From: Abditibacterium sp.
GTDB lineage: Bacteria > Armatimonadota > Abditibacteriia > Abditibacteriales > Abditibacteriaceae
NCBI GenBank assembly: GCA_965199495.1
Contig: CBDASK010000003.1
Coordinates: 4,096,001-4,160,000 of the forward strand
DNA length: 64,000 nucleotides
Reading direction: 5' to 3'
Position numbers and translations under genes: made by a program. The notes below the pieces were generated by a model. That model saw only the letters and a list, made by a program, of their open reading frames with translations. It was not told the origin of the DNA and did not search any database. This document shows, one piece after another, positions 28,818 through 39,321 of this stretch (positions are counted from its first letter, which is position 1; each line of letters begins with the position of its first letter).

Positions 28818-30902
28818 CTACTTTTTCCACGTCACAGCCGGGAATTTTAACGTCGCCGTTTCGGCTTTTTCGTTCGAGATTTCGGTCGCGCGAATATCGA
28901 GGTCTATCGCCGTGGCTGCTGTTGAGTTGGGCGCGGGCAAAATCAGCGAAAGCGCGCCCGCCGTGGTGCCACTCAGCAAATCGCCGCGATAAATCGGGCC
29001 ATTGATTTCCTGCGCGTCGCCTTTGTCGGCGCGCAAGGTGGACTTTTCCAGCGTAATTTCGGCATCGGCGGCGAAGGGCGTGTAATCGAAAACCGCCACC
29101 AGAGCGCTGTCGCCTTTGAATTTGGCCGCCGCGCCCTGCGCCAAGAGCAAGGTCTCGATTTTGTCGGCGGGGAGCCACGCGATCTTCTTCAATTGCAACG
29201 TGCCTGTGCCCACCGTTTCGTCAACGGCGCGCTGCGAATCGGGAGCGACCGCCAAATTTTTGGCGCTGAAACTGTGGCGCAAACGCCGAAACGAGCGCAC
29301 ATCGAGCGCGAAATCGGTGGTCGCATCGAACTTGCCGTAATTTTTGTTAAAGCGCGTCGCGGTTTCGCCGGGCACGGGCGGCGCGCCGTCGGAATGAAAG
29401 AAAACTTCGTCGGAAGTTTCGCCAAAGACAACCATTTTGTTGTCTTTGCCCTCGCTGTCGCGGGCGCGCAGTTCGACGGGGACGGTCACCGTTTCGACCA
29501 GAGTTTGCGTTTGCTCGGCGTTATTTTTCTCGGCGGGCGCGACCCAGACCAAACCGAGATAATTGTCGCCGCGCTGCACCTCTTCGATGCGCGCCGCGAA
29601 TTTGCCGTCGCTCGCGCTCCATGCGGGCAACGCTTCGGGATCGTCGGCGGGCGGCGCGACAACTGGCGCGGGCGGATTCGCCTTGAGCAGAGCAGAGACC
29701 GGCACCTCGACTTCGATCGTGCTATACGCGTCTTTTTGCTTCCACGCCTCGTCGAACTCGGTCATTAATAAAGTGATTTTCGCTTCTTTGGCGCCATCTT
29801 CGGGTAAAGCGGGCATCCGAACCGACACGCCTTGTGCAGTGCCGGTCGAATACGAGCCGCCCGCGCGTAGCGAGCGATTCTGGTCGTCCACGATGTTTTG
29901 GATGTCGCTGTCAATTCGCGCGTTCGGCGCGTCTTTGGGTCGCGTCCACTCGATGTTGTAAGTCGTGGTTTTCTTGTCCCAATCGCCGATAATGGAAGTC
30001 AAAGTCAGAACTGTTCCGTGCGCCGTTGTGACCTGCGAATTGGTCTTGCTTACGGGATTTTCGCGCGTGGGCAATGGGCCGCTCAGCGTGTAGGGCGCGC
30101 GAAAGCGTCCGCTCGAATCGGCATTGGCGTCGGGCGAAGTCGTTTCCCAGATCGCGGTCACGCTTTTCCATTGCGGGTTGACTTTGGGAAACGAAATCAC
30201 GCGCGCCTCTCCCGTGTTGCCCGCTCCGCTCCCGACCAGCATTTGGCCATCGGGCGCGCGCACGCCCAATAAATGCGCCCATTCGTAATAGGGCCGCGTG
30301 GTTTTGGGTTCGCGCGGCTCGAAGACGCGATAAGACAAAAAGTAGACGGGCCGCGTATTTTTGCTCCAATTGAAAATTTGGTTTTCCGGCTGAAACCCGC
30401 CATCCACGACGCGCACGCGCACGCCTTTGGAATCGGCGGGCGGCGGCAACAATCCGCGAAGCGGCGTCGGCGTGGCTGGGTCGGGCGGAATCGTCGGAAC
30501 CGGCGAACTCCATTCGAGCGCGCGCGCGTTCATCGGTTTTCCCGTGCCGCCGTCGCGCCCGACGGCGCGCAATCGTAGGCCGATAGTCAAATCGCCCAAA
30601 CCATAAATCGTGCCCTGACGCAAATCTATCAAACGCGTTTGGCCGTTGGTCACGAGGGTTTTGGGTTTGGGCGGGTTCAACGATTTTCGTCCGTTGGGCG
30701 TGGCAAACGCCGTCGCCAAAATCGTGACTTCACCGGTCGCGCCGTTGATGCCGCGAACTTCGCCTTCGAGCGCGATTTCGCCCGGCTGCAAAATCGCGCC
30801 TTGTTGCGCAGTCAATTCGGTTTTATCCGGCGTTTGTGCCCACGCGCGCGGGCAGGGCGCCAAGGCGCACACTCCAAAGATGAGAAAATAAGAACGTTTC
30901 AT
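28818..30902 (-). CDS. Large secreted hypothetical protein
   Basis: Signal peptide (start MKRSYF), OB/DUF5666-like N-terminal domain, Pro-rich linkers. Confidence 0.7.
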   Translation of the reverse strand: MKRSYFLIFGVCALAPCPRAWAQTPDKTELTAQQGAILQPGEIALEGEVRGINGATGEVTILATAFATPNGRKSLNPPKPKTLVTNGQTRLIDLRQGTIYGLGDLTIGLRLRAVGRDGGTGKPMNARALEWSSPVPTIPPDPATPTPLRGLLPPPADSKGVRVRVVDGGFQPENQIFNWSKNTRPVYFLSYRVFEPREPKTTRPYYEWAHLLGVRAPDGQMLVGSGAGNTGEARVISFPKVNPQWKSVTAIWETTSPDANADSSGRFRAPYTLSGPLPTRENPVSKTNSQVTTAHGTVLTLTSIIGDWDKKTTTYNIEWTRPKDAPNARIDSDIQNIVDDQNRSLRAGGSYSTGTAQGVSVRMPALPEDGAKEAKITLLMTEFDEAWKQKDAYSTIEVEVPVSALLKANPPAPVVAPPADDPEALPAWSASDGKFAARIEEVQRGDNYLGLVWVAPAEKNNAEQTQTLVETVTVPVELRARDSEGKDNKMVVFGETSDEVFFHSDGAPPVPGETATRFNKNYGKFDATTDFALDVRSFRRLRHSFSAKNLAVAPDSQRAVDETVGTGTLQLKKIAWLPADKIETLLLAQGAAAKFKGDSALVAVFDYTPFAADAEITLEKSTLRADKGDAQEINGPIYRGDLLSGTTAGALSLILPAPNSTAATAIDLDIRATEISNEKAETATLKFPAVTWKK

Positions 30903-30994
30903 TGCTACTCGACAGTTTAAATGAGATGTAGCTACGAAAATTAATTTTGACGACCACCGAACTTTCGCCCCCGTTTTCTGCATCCAATAGCGTA

Positions 30995-31411
30995 ATGGAA
31001 ATGGTTTTCCCCATCGCTCCGCCGCTCTTCGCAGCGCAAGCGCCCACAAACGCCAACGACGAAGCGCGTTTGATCGAGCGCGCCCGCGCCGGAGAAGTCG
31101 GCGCTCTGGACGAATTAATGAATCGTCATCGCGCGCGCATTTTGAATCTGACGTTTCAAATCACGCGCGACCGCGACCGCGACATCGCCGAAGACTGCGC
31201 GCAGGAAGCGTTCGTGCGCGCCTTTTCCAAGTTAAATCTGTTTCGCGCCCAATTGAGCTTCGCGACGTGGCTCTATCGCATCGCGCTCAACGTCGCGCTC
31301 GAAAAAGGGCGCGTAATACCCCTACGCGCGCAACTCAATCGCAATTTGGATCGCCAAGTGCCAATCGGCGAAATCGCCTGGATGCGGGAGCAAATCGCTA
31401 AAACGAAATAG
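30995..31411 (+). pseudogene. Truncated ECF sigma factor (region 2 only)
   Basis: AEDCAQEAF and SFATWLYRIALN present; no region-4 HTH before the stop. Confidence 0.65.
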
Positions 31412-31519
31412 CGCGCGCGAGCAGTATTGCGAATTTAGGCGAAAAAGCGGGCGCAACTTCCTTGCACTTGCGTGGGGGGAGCGGCGAAACTGTGGGCGTT
31501 CCCTCAACGTCTTCTCCCT

Positions 31520-33952
31520 ATGGCCTCCACTTCTGCCCCGCCGCGTGGCGCGGATACGCGTAGCGCAGGTGCGCGAACTGCTGATATTTCCGTCGCGGAT
31601 GTCGCCGATTTTCAAATGCCGATTCTGCCCGCTTTGCTCGTTGACGATGGCAAGGCGCAGGACGCCATCGCCGCGCTCGATGCGACCGAGTATCGCGCCG
31701 CCGACCGCGACGACAAAAGCCCCGATTCGCCGCGCGCCCGCGTCAAAGCTCTGGTCGAGAAAACTCTGGCCGCGCGCCCCCTCGCCGACGCCGATTTATT
31801 GGCGCGCGCCTACGCGTTCGCCGACGAAAAACACGCCGGTCAAACGCGCAAATCGGGCGAGCCTTACGTCGAGCATCCCATCGCCGTGGCTGGTATTCTG
31901 GCCGAATTGGGCATGGACGACGTGACCATCGCCGCCGGACTCTTGCACGATGTGCCCGAAGATTGCAACGTTTCTTACGAGGAAATGCAGGAGCGCTTCG
32001 GCGCCGACGTGGCTCAGTTGGTCGAAGGCGTCACCAAGCTCAAGCACATTCGTTTCGATACCAAGGCCGATAAACAAGCTGGGAATTTGCGCAAATTGTT
32101 TTTAGCGATGTCGGGCGATGTGCGCGTGATTATCGTCAAGCTCGCCGACCGTTTGCATAATATGCGGACTTTGGATCCGTTCGAGCAGCGCAAGAAAATC
32201 GAAATTTCCGAAGAGACGCTCTATATTTTTGCGCCAATCGCGCACCGTCTGGGCATCTGGCGCATCAAGTGGGAACTCGAAGACCGTTCGTTCAAATATC
32301 TCGAACCTGACGTTTACAAACAGATTTATTCCCTCGTTTCGCGCACGCGCGCGCACCGCACGCAGCAGGTGCAACGCGCCATCCAAAACCTCACCGACAA
32401 ACTCGCTTCCGAAGGCATCAAAGCCGAAGTGACCGGGCGGCCCAAGCATTTTTATTCGATATACCAAAAGATGCTCAAGCAGGGCCTCAAATTCGACGCG
32501 ATTCACGACTTGATCGCCTTGCGCGTCGTCACGCAATCGGTGCCCGATTGTTATCACGCGTTGGGCGTCGTTCACGGTTTGTGGATGCAGGTGCCGGAAA
32601 TGTTTTATGATTATATCGCGAAACCTAAACCGAATAATTACCAGTCTTTGCACACCAAAGTTTTGGATAATGAAGGCGAAATTTTAGAAGTGCAAATTCG
32701 GACTTTAGAAATGCACCGCAACGCCGAATTTGGAATTGCCGCACACTGGCGTTATAAAGCCGACCAGCCCGCCGAGAAAGCCTTTGGCGACCGTCTTAAC
32801 TGGTTGCGTCCGGTGTTGGAAATGCAACAGGAATCGAGCGAAGATAATCAATCGTATCTCGACAGTTTAAAAATAGATTTGGCGGCGGAACAGGTATTCT
32901 GTTTCACTCCGCATGGCGACGTAATTTATTTGCCCAACGGCTCGACGCCGATTGATTTCGCTTATCGCGTTCACTCGGAAATCGGCGACAAATGCACCGG
33001 CGCCAAAGTCAACGGGCGCATCGTGCCGCTCAGCCATAAATTGCACAACGGCGATATTTGCGAGATCGTCACGAGTCGCAACTCCAAAGGCCCCAAACGG
33101 GGCTGGCTCGATTTCGTCACGACGCCGCACGCCAAAGCGCGCATCAAAGCGCACTTGCGCCGTTTGGATTTCGACATCAATTATCGGCAGGGTTTGCAGC
33201 GCTTGGAGAAAGCTGCGCGCTCGGAACGCCTGAAATTGGGCAACTTGGCCGAAAACGCGGCCATCGAAACCATAGCCAAACAGATGGGGCAAAAAAGCGC
33301 GGGCGAGTTGGTCGCGGCGATTGGCTATGGCGAGTATTCGGGCGAAAACGTGTTGAATCGGATTCGCACCGAACTCGAAACCGAAAATCGCACCTGCGAC
33401 AGCGCCGAAGAAGTTTCGGGAGCAGCCACGGCGCTGCTGCAGAAGCGGCCCAACCTCGAAATCGTCGAACAGCAGACGCAGGGCGAACTGGCGTTTGGTG
33501 AGAAAAAAGAAATAGAGTTAGACCCGACCCATGCCGAGGGTTTGTCGTATCATCTGGCGCGTTGTTGCGCGCCGATTCATGGCGACGATGTGCGCGGTTA
33601 CGTCACGCGCGGGCGGGGCATTTCGGTTCACCGCGACGATTGCGCGAATTTGCGTCACTACGAAACCCTCGAACCCGACCGCATCGCGCCCGCCGTATGG
33701 GCCGACAATAGCGCTAAACCTTATCAGGCATTGATCGGCGTCGAATGCACCGACCGTAGCGGACTTTTGGCCGATATTACCGTTTTAATCGCGGGCAAAG
33801 GTGTTAACATTAACGCAGTCAATACATATCCGTTAAAGCACGGCAGGGCCAGATTAAATTTCGCTGTTACTATCGGTGGAGCGATGCAATTGGATGATTT
33901 AATGCGCGTGGTTAAAAGCGTTGAAGGCGTGGTTAATGTGCATCGTGTGTGA
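31520..33952 (+). CDS. rel: Bifunctional (p)ppGpp synthetase/hydrolase
   Basis: RKSGEPY..HP, LLHD, KLADRLHN, YQSLH, EVQIRT; TGS, ZFD and ACT domains. Confidence 0.96.
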   Translation: MASTSAPPRGADTRSAGARTADISVADVADFQMPILPALLVDDGKAQDAIAALDATEYRAADRDDKSPDSPRARVKALVEKTLAARPLADADLLARAYAFADEKHAGQTRKSGEPYVEHPIAVAGILAELGMDDVTIAAGLLHDVPEDCNVSYEEMQERFGADVAQLVEGVTKLKHIRFDTKADKQAGNLRKLFLAMSGDVRVIIVKLADRLHNMRTLDPFEQRKKIEISEETLYIFAPIAHRLGIWRIKWELEDRSFKYLEPDVYKQIYSLVSRTRAHRTQQVQRAIQNLTDKLASEGIKAEVTGRPKHFYSIYQKMLKQGLKFDAIHDLIALRVVTQSVPDCYHALGVVHGLWMQVPEMFYDYIAKPKPNNYQSLHTKVLDNEGEILEVQIRTLEMHRNAEFGIAAHWRYKADQPAEKAFGDRLNWLRPVLEMQQESSEDNQSYLDSLKIDLAAEQVFCFTPHGDVIYLPNGSTPIDFAYRVHSEIGDKCTGAKVNGRIVPLSHKLHNGDICEIVTSRNSKGPKRGWLDFVTTPHAKARIKAHLRRLDFDINYRQGLQRLEKAARSERLKLGNLAENAAIETIAKQMGQKSAGELVAAIGYGEYSGENVLNRIRTELETENRTCDSAEEVSGAATALLQKRPNLEIVEQQTQGELAFGEKKEIELDPTHAEGLSYHLARCCAPIHGDDVRGYVTRGRGISVHRDDCANLRHYETLEPDRIAPAVWADNSAKPYQALIGVECTDRSGLLADITVLIAGKGVNINAVNTYPLKHGRARLNFAVTIGGAMQLDDLMRVVKSVEGVVNVHRV

Positions 33953-33960
33953 ATTATAAT

Positions 33961-34058
33961 TAGCCACAAAAAGGCGCAAAAGAAACAATTTATTGGAAGC
34001 ACTCGCTATTGCGCAGTTGCTTCCAATAAATTGTTTCTTTTGCGCCTTTTTGTGGCTA
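33961..34058. repeat. 41-bp perfect inverted repeat with 9-mer periodic ends
   Basis: Arms 33961-34001 and 34018-34058, between convergent genes. Confidence 0.88.
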
Positions 34059-34059
34059 T

Positions 34060-35670
34060 TCAATACACATCGCGTCCGTAGCGTCCATCTTTGCTCATTT
34101 GCGCGACATAGGCTTTGGCTTCGTCTTCCGATTTGCCGCCGTGCTGGGCGATGATTGAGTGCAGCGCCGCGTCCACATCTTTGGCCATGCGCGAAGCGTC
34201 GCCGCAGACGGTGAAGTGCGCGCCCTCATCCAGCCACCGCCACAACTGCGCGCCTTCTTCGAGCATGCGGGTTTGCACATAAATCTTCGCGTCCTGATCG
34301 CGCGAGAACGCCAGACTGAGTTTGTTCAACACGCCCGACGCTTGATAATCCTCGATTTCGGATTGAAACAAAAAATCGGTTTCGCGCTTTTGGTCGCCGA
34401 AAAACAGCCAGTTTTTGCCTTGCGCTCCGGTCGCCGCGCGCTCTTCGAGAAACGCGCGAAACGGCGCGATGCCGGTGCCGGGGCCGACCATAATGAGCGG
34501 CGTGTCGCCGTTTGTCGGTGGCCGAAAACCGTGGCTCGGCTGCACAAAAACGCCGACTTTGCCGTGCGTCAACGCGCGGTCGCCCAAGAAAGTTGAAGCT
34601 ACGCCTTTGCGCGTGCGTTCGCCGCTCAGACCCGAATAGCGCACCATGCCGACGGTGAGATGAACTTCATCAGGATGCGCGCGCAGCGAACTCGAAATCG
34701 AATACAAACGCGGGCGCAGTGGCGATAGTTTGGAAATCAGAAAGCCGACGTGCGAAGCCGATGTCGGGCGCGCCGAGGGATGATCGTGCAAAATATCCAA
34801 AACGTCGCGGCCTTCGAGATAATTGCCCGCATCGGTCGCGGCCAATTCCTCCAATTTGGCGCGGTCGTCGGCGTTAGCGGCCAAGCCTGATAAGGCTTCT
34901 AAAAACTCGTCCGAAACGCGATTGACGACATAAGCCGCCGAAAGCGCGATGCGCGCGGGAATGACGCGGCCTTCGGGCGAATGCGTCGGCTCGTCGCCGG
35001 TCGCTTGCAGTTCGTCCAAAATGTCCTTCACCAGTTCGTCGCAGTTTTCGGGATAAACGCCCAACGCGTCGCCGACTTCATATTTTAGACCCGAACCGCG
35101 CAGACCAAACGAAACGAAGCGCACATCTTTCTGCGAATCTTTGCGCGTTAGAGGGCGAATTTCTAAAATCGGCGCCGGAAACGGATTGTCGCGCGTATAG
35201 AGCGGCGTCTCCGCATTTAAGTCGGGCGGCGTGGCTGCTGTTGTTGAGGGCGCGGCGGGAATATCGGCGCCAGCAGGTTTGAGGGTGATGAGTTCTTTGA
35301 GTTTGTTTTTGGTTTCGCGTCCGCCCGGCGTGCATTTCGAGATGTCTGCGTCGGCGCCCGACGCAATCGCTTCGGCGTAGGTCTGGCAGACGTAGCCGCA
35401 CGAACCGCAGTCGAGTTGCGCCATCGCCGCCATCAAAACGCGCGAGTAGGGCTTATCCTGCGCCAATTCCAAACGCTCGTCGAGGGCGAGCGCCGGGTCG
35501 TGCCACGCAAACTCTTCGTCTTCTTCGACAACGCTTGCGACAGTTTCATCGGTGGCGACAGAAACTTTGCCGCCTTCATCGAGATTGAGCAGACCCGCGA
35601 AAAAGCCGTTGAGCCAGGCGCGCTGCGACGCCGAAAACGGCGCGGATTCGGGAAGTAGAGGGAGAGACAT
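34060..35670 (-). CDS. Sulfite-reductase-alpha-like flavoprotein with N-terminal Fe-S domain
   Basis: DCGSCGY.C...C.PGG, RLYSISSS, GPGTGIAPFR, CGDA, RY.RDVY; start MSLPLL. Confidence 0.9.
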   Translation of the reverse strand: MSLPLLPESAPFSASQRAWLNGFFAGLLNLDEGGKVSVATDETVASVVEEDEEFAWHDPALALDERLELAQDKPYSRVLMAAMAQLDCGSCGYVCQTYAEAIASGADADISKCTPGGRETKNKLKELITLKPAGADIPAAPSTTAATPPDLNAETPLYTRDNPFPAPILEIRPLTRKDSQKDVRFVSFGLRGSGLKYEVGDALGVYPENCDELVKDILDELQATGDEPTHSPEGRVIPARIALSAAYVVNRVSDEFLEALSGLAANADDRAKLEELAATDAGNYLEGRDVLDILHDHPSARPTSASHVGFLISKLSPLRPRLYSISSSLRAHPDEVHLTVGMVRYSGLSGERTRKGVASTFLGDRALTHGKVGVFVQPSHGFRPPTNGDTPLIMVGPGTGIAPFRAFLEERAATGAQGKNWLFFGDQKRETDFLFQSEIEDYQASGVLNKLSLAFSRDQDAKIYVQTRMLEEGAQLWRWLDEGAHFTVCGDASRMAKDVDAALHSIIAQHGGKSEDEAKAYVAQMSKDGRYGRDVY

Positions 35671-35676
35671 GGGAAA

Positions 35677-35744
35677 GGATAAAGGCTGAGGGATAAAGGA
35701 TGAAATTGGGTTGAAGAAATTTTTATTCTTCATCCTTTATCCTT
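35677..35744. repeat. Inverted heptamer array (GGATAAA-type)
   Basis: GGATAAA GGCTGAG GGATAAA GGATGAA ... TTCATCC TTTATCC. Confidence 0.7.
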
Positions 35745-35841
35745 GTTTTTGTCCACGTCTTTCTGAACGAGGCGAGAGCGCAACGGAAGCCCCGTTGAAT
35801 ACGTTGCGTTCTCGCCACGCTCAGAAAGACGTGGGAAAAGT

Positions 35842-35932
35842 CGGATATTGGATAACAGATTTCGGATGGCAGATAGCGGAATGGGCCAAGAGAATTAAAC
35901 CATAAGGTAATCTTCAACCTATCCGATATCCG
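35842..35932. repeat. Inverted heptamer array (CGGATAT-type)
   Basis: Six degenerate heptamers, then CTATCCG ATATCCG. Confidence 0.7.
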
Positions 35933-37730
35933 AAACACAAATCGCGCTCAAATCCTCCGTTGTCTGGCGCGCGCTCCAACTGTAAAAGCTCTCCAACACG
36001 TCGGCGCGCCCCGACAGATACGCTTGCAGCAACTTACGCGTCACAATCGGCGCGTTGTCCGCCGTCACGTCGCGCGCGATTTCGCGGGCGATATTCTGCT
36101 GGTCTGCGTAGCCACCGCCGACATAAAGATGATAACCCTCGACTAAATCTTCGTCGGGCGCAACCTCGACTTTGGTGCCCATCCATCCGATGTCGCCGAT
36201 ATAATGCTGGGCGCACGAGTTGTTGCAACCCGTCAAATGAATGTTGATGTTTTGATCGAATTCGATCTGGCCATCGAGAAAATCGGCGATTTGCAGCGCG
36301 TGCGTTTTGGTATGGGCGTTGGCATACTTGCAGCCCGCCGCGCCCGTGCAAGCCACCAAACCCGCGCGCACGCCCGACGCCTGAAAATCCAAACCCAACT
36401 CCAACAGACGCGATTCGACGGCAGGTTTAGCAGCATCGGGAATGTCGGCGATCAGCAGGTTTTGCCAGACGGTCAAGCGGCAATCGCCGCTGCCGTAAGC
36501 GTCGGAAATCTCGGCCAATCCGCGCATTTGCACGCTCGTCATGCGACCAACCGGTAGCACGACGCCGACATAATTCAAGCCGTCCTGCTTTTGTGCGTGC
36601 CAACCGATGTGACCGGCGCGATCTAACGGCGGACGCGTTTCGCATTCCGACAACGGCAGTTTGAGCGATTCTTCGCCCCATTCTTTGAGGGTTTCTTCGA
36701 GAAATTTCTCGTGGCCCCATTCGTCCAAGAGGTATTTGAGCCGCGCCTTTTTGCGGTCTGCCCGGTTGCCGTTTTTGATAAACACGCGCACCGCCGCCGC
36801 CGCGAACGGTACGCATTGTTCGGGCGCCAGCAAAACGCCCTCATCTTTCGCGAAATCTTGGTGGCCAGTAATGCCGCCAAACGCGCAGCGAAAATAGACG
36901 CCGGGCGCATAAGGCACCGGCTCGGTCTGGCGCAACTCAACAGCGCTAAAACCGATGTCATTGGTTTCTTCGAGCGTGGCAATCGCGCCGCCGCCATCGA
37001 ACGAGATATTGAACTTGCGCGGCAAACCATACATCTCGCGGTGATTGAGAATATAATAGTGCATCTCACGCGCGAGTTCGCGCACGTCATACAACTCGTG
37101 CGGATCTAAACCCGCCGTTGCTGAACCAGTGACGTTACGGATATTATCGGCGCCCGAACCGCGCGCGACCAAACCGGCTTCGTGCAACGCCAGCAGAAAA
37201 TCAACGGCATCGGCGGCTTTAATTTCGCGAATTTGCAGATTGCCGCGCGTGGTGCAATCGGCGTAGTCGCCGCCGAACTTTTTAGAAATGCGCGCCATCG
37301 AACGCAGCTGATCCGACGAAATCAAGCCGCCGTAAAAGCGCAGACGGCACATATACGAATCCTGCGCGGGCGCGACGTAAAACAAGCCGTGATATTTCCA
37401 CATCAACACATCGGTGCCCTTGGGAAATTTATCGGATTTGGCGTGTTCCACGATTTGATCCCAGCGGTCGAATGGATGCAGTTCGCACTTGGCTTTCTCT
37501 TCGGGCACCAGTTTTTTGCCCGCCTTTTCCTGCGCGGCAGCGGCTTGCAAAGCCAATTTGTCCGGCCCTTCGAGTGCAGCCACGTCCGCCGTGGCTGCTG
37601 TTTGGCCATTGGCGAACGAGGGTAAACCGCGTAAATTGCGTGTCAGACCGGCTCCGGCGGTGAAGCCGGAGAGGTATTCTTTTTGTTCGGCGGAAAAATC
37701 TTGCGCAAGGGTTTCGAGGGCTTCGCTCAT
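35919..37730 (-). CDS. nirA: NirA-family siroheme nitrite/sulfite reductase
   Basis: TTRGNLQIR, GADNIRN, LPRKFNI, VACTGAAGC, TGCNNSC. Confidence 0.88.
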   Translation of the reverse strand: MSEALETLAQDFSAEQKEYLSGFTAGAGLTRNLRGLPSFANGQTAATADVAALEGPDKLALQAAAAQEKAGKKLVPEEKAKCELHPFDRWDQIVEHAKSDKFPKGTDVLMWKYHGLFYVAPAQDSYMCRLRFYGGLISSDQLRSMARISKKFGGDYADCTTRGNLQIREIKAADAVDFLLALHEAGLVARGSGADNIRNVTGSATAGLDPHELYDVRELAREMHYYILNHREMYGLPRKFNISFDGGGAIATLEETNDIGFSAVELRQTEPVPYAPGVYFRCAFGGITGHQDFAKDEGVLLAPEQCVPFAAAAVRVFIKNGNRADRKKARLKYLLDEWGHEKFLEETLKEWGEESLKLPLSECETRPPLDRAGHIGWHAQKQDGLNYVGVVLPVGRMTSVQMRGLAEISDAYGSGDCRLTVWQNLLIADIPDAAKPAVESRLLELGLDFQASGVRAGLVACTGAAGCKYANAHTKTHALQIADFLDGQIEFDQNINIHLTGCNNSCAQHYIGDIGWMGTKVEVAPDEDLVEGYHLYVGGGYADQQNIAREIARDVTADNAPIVTRKLLQAYLSGRADVLESFYSWSARQTTEDLSAICVSDIG

Positions 37731-37813
37731 ACTTTAAAGAATGAGCGGATGATGTTTCGTTTGTCCGCCGCGCGATGTTTGCTTTAGGTGAACTTTCGGT
37801 TAACGGAGTGTTT

Positions 37814-37906
37814 CGGATGTCGGATATCCTATGCCAGATATTCGGATTGTGCGAGGCAGGTGAAGTCTTCCCTTAGCGCCATCTGATATTCGTTATCCAA
37901 AATCCA
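37814..37906. repeat. Inverted heptamer array (CGGATAT-type)
   Basis: CGGATGT CGGATAT ... CCATCTG ATATTCG TTATCCA AAATCCA. Confidence 0.6.
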
Positions 37907-38538
37907 TGCCCCTTCCTCTTTTAGATTACTTGCGGTTTTGCGTCGGCGCGCTCGCTTTAATTGCGTCACCGGGCGCCGATTTCTTTTATGTCGCCACGCG
38001 CGGTTTGGCGGGCGGGCCGCGCGCTGGCGTCGCTTCGGCGTTGGGCATCGGCGCCGGTTTGTTGGTTCATACCACTTTGGCGGCGACCGGTTTGACGCTG
38101 TTGTTGCTGGCCTCAAGCTGGGTTTTCAATCTCGTCAAATGGCTGGGCGCGCTTTACTTAATTTGGATGGGCGTCAAAATTTTGCGTTCGGGCGACGAAT
38201 TGTTGACCGCGACCGACGTGGCTCCTATGGGCTTCGGGCGCACTTTTCGGCAGGGCGTTTTGACCAACGTTTTCAATCCCAAAGTCGCTTTAACGTTCGC
38301 GGCGTTTTTGCCGCAATTCATTGACACCAAGCACGCCAATCCGCAGGAGCAAATGGCATTTTTGGGCGTCATGTTGTGCGTTTTGGCGACGCTGTGGTTT
38401 TGCGGCATCGGTGCGTTCGCCGGACAGTTGGGCGCGTTTTTGCTGCGCTTTCCGAAATTTGGCAAAGGCATTCGCGTGGTCGCCGGAACCGTTTTGTGTT
38501 TGCTGGGCGCGCGATTGGCATTTGTGCCGCGCGGATAA
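37906..38538 (+). CDS. LysE/RhtB translocator
   Basis: SPGAD, KWLGALYLIWMG, FRQGVLTNVFNPK. Confidence 0.93.
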   Translation: MPLPLLDYLRFCVGALALIASPGADFFYVATRGLAGGPRAGVASALGIGAGLLVHTTLAATGLTLLLLASSWVFNLVKWLGALYLIWMGVKILRSGDELLTATDVAPMGFGRTFRQGVLTNVFNPKVALTFAAFLPQFIDTKHANPQEQMAFLGVMLCVLATLWFCGIGAFAGQLGAFLLRFPKFGKGIRVVAGTVLCLLGARLAFVPRG

Positions 38539-38546
38539 ATCAATTT

Positions 38547-39320
38547 ATGAAACTGCGATTTTTAGGTTCCGGCACTTCCTACGGCGTGCCCTATGTCGGC
38601 TGCGACTGCGAAGTTTGCACTTCGGACGATCCGCGCGACAAACGTTTGCGCGCCTCGATATTAGTCGAGCAGGGCGACACCCAAATCATCGTGGATACCG
38701 GCCCCGATTTTCGCCAGCAGTGTTTGCGCGCGGGTGTCACACATCTCGACGCGATTTTGTGGACGCATCTGCACAACGATCACATCATCGGGCTGGATGA
38801 CGTGCGGCCTTTATCGGACAAGCAGGGCTATATTCCCGCTTACGCCGATGCAGCCACGTTGGAGCGCTTACAACAAATTTTCGATTATGTCTTCGTGCAA
38901 GACCGCGATCATCCCGGCTTTCCGCGCGTGACGCCGCACGTTGTCGAGCCGGGACAAAAGTTACAATTCGGCGAAATTCAAGTCACGCCGCTACAAATTT
39001 TTCATGGCACGCGCCCGATTTTGAGCTACCAATTCGAGCATAACGGCCACCGCGCGGTTTATGCCACCGATTGTTCGGCGATTCCCGATGAAAGTATGAA
39101 AATCATGCGCGATTGCGATGTTTTCATCGTGGATGCGCTGCGCCATGCCGAACATCCCAACCATTTCAGTCTGGCGCAAGCCTTGGAAGCCATCGAAAAA
39201 ATTAATCCCAAACGCGCATTTTTGACGCACTTGACGCACGATTTGGGGCACGCCGTCACCGAGGCCGAATTGCCCGCGCGCGTGCGCATCGCGACCGATA
39301 ATTTGGAGTTGCAAATCTAA
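38547..39320 (+). CDS. MBL-fold hydrolase (PhnP-like)
   Basis: LGSGTSYGVP..C.C..C, DTGPD, THLHNDH. Confidence 0.92.
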   Translation: MKLRFLGSGTSYGVPYVGCDCEVCTSDDPRDKRLRASILVEQGDTQIIVDTGPDFRQQCLRAGVTHLDAILWTHLHNDHIIGLDDVRPLSDKQGYIPAYADAATLERLQQIFDYVFVQDRDHPGFPRVTPHVVEPGQKLQFGEIQVTPLQIFHGTRPILSYQFEHNGHRAVYATDCSAIPDESMKIMRDCDVFIVDALRHAEHPNHFSLAQALEAIEKINPKRAFLTHLTHDLGHAVTEAELPARVRIATDNLELQI

Positions 39321-39321
39321 C

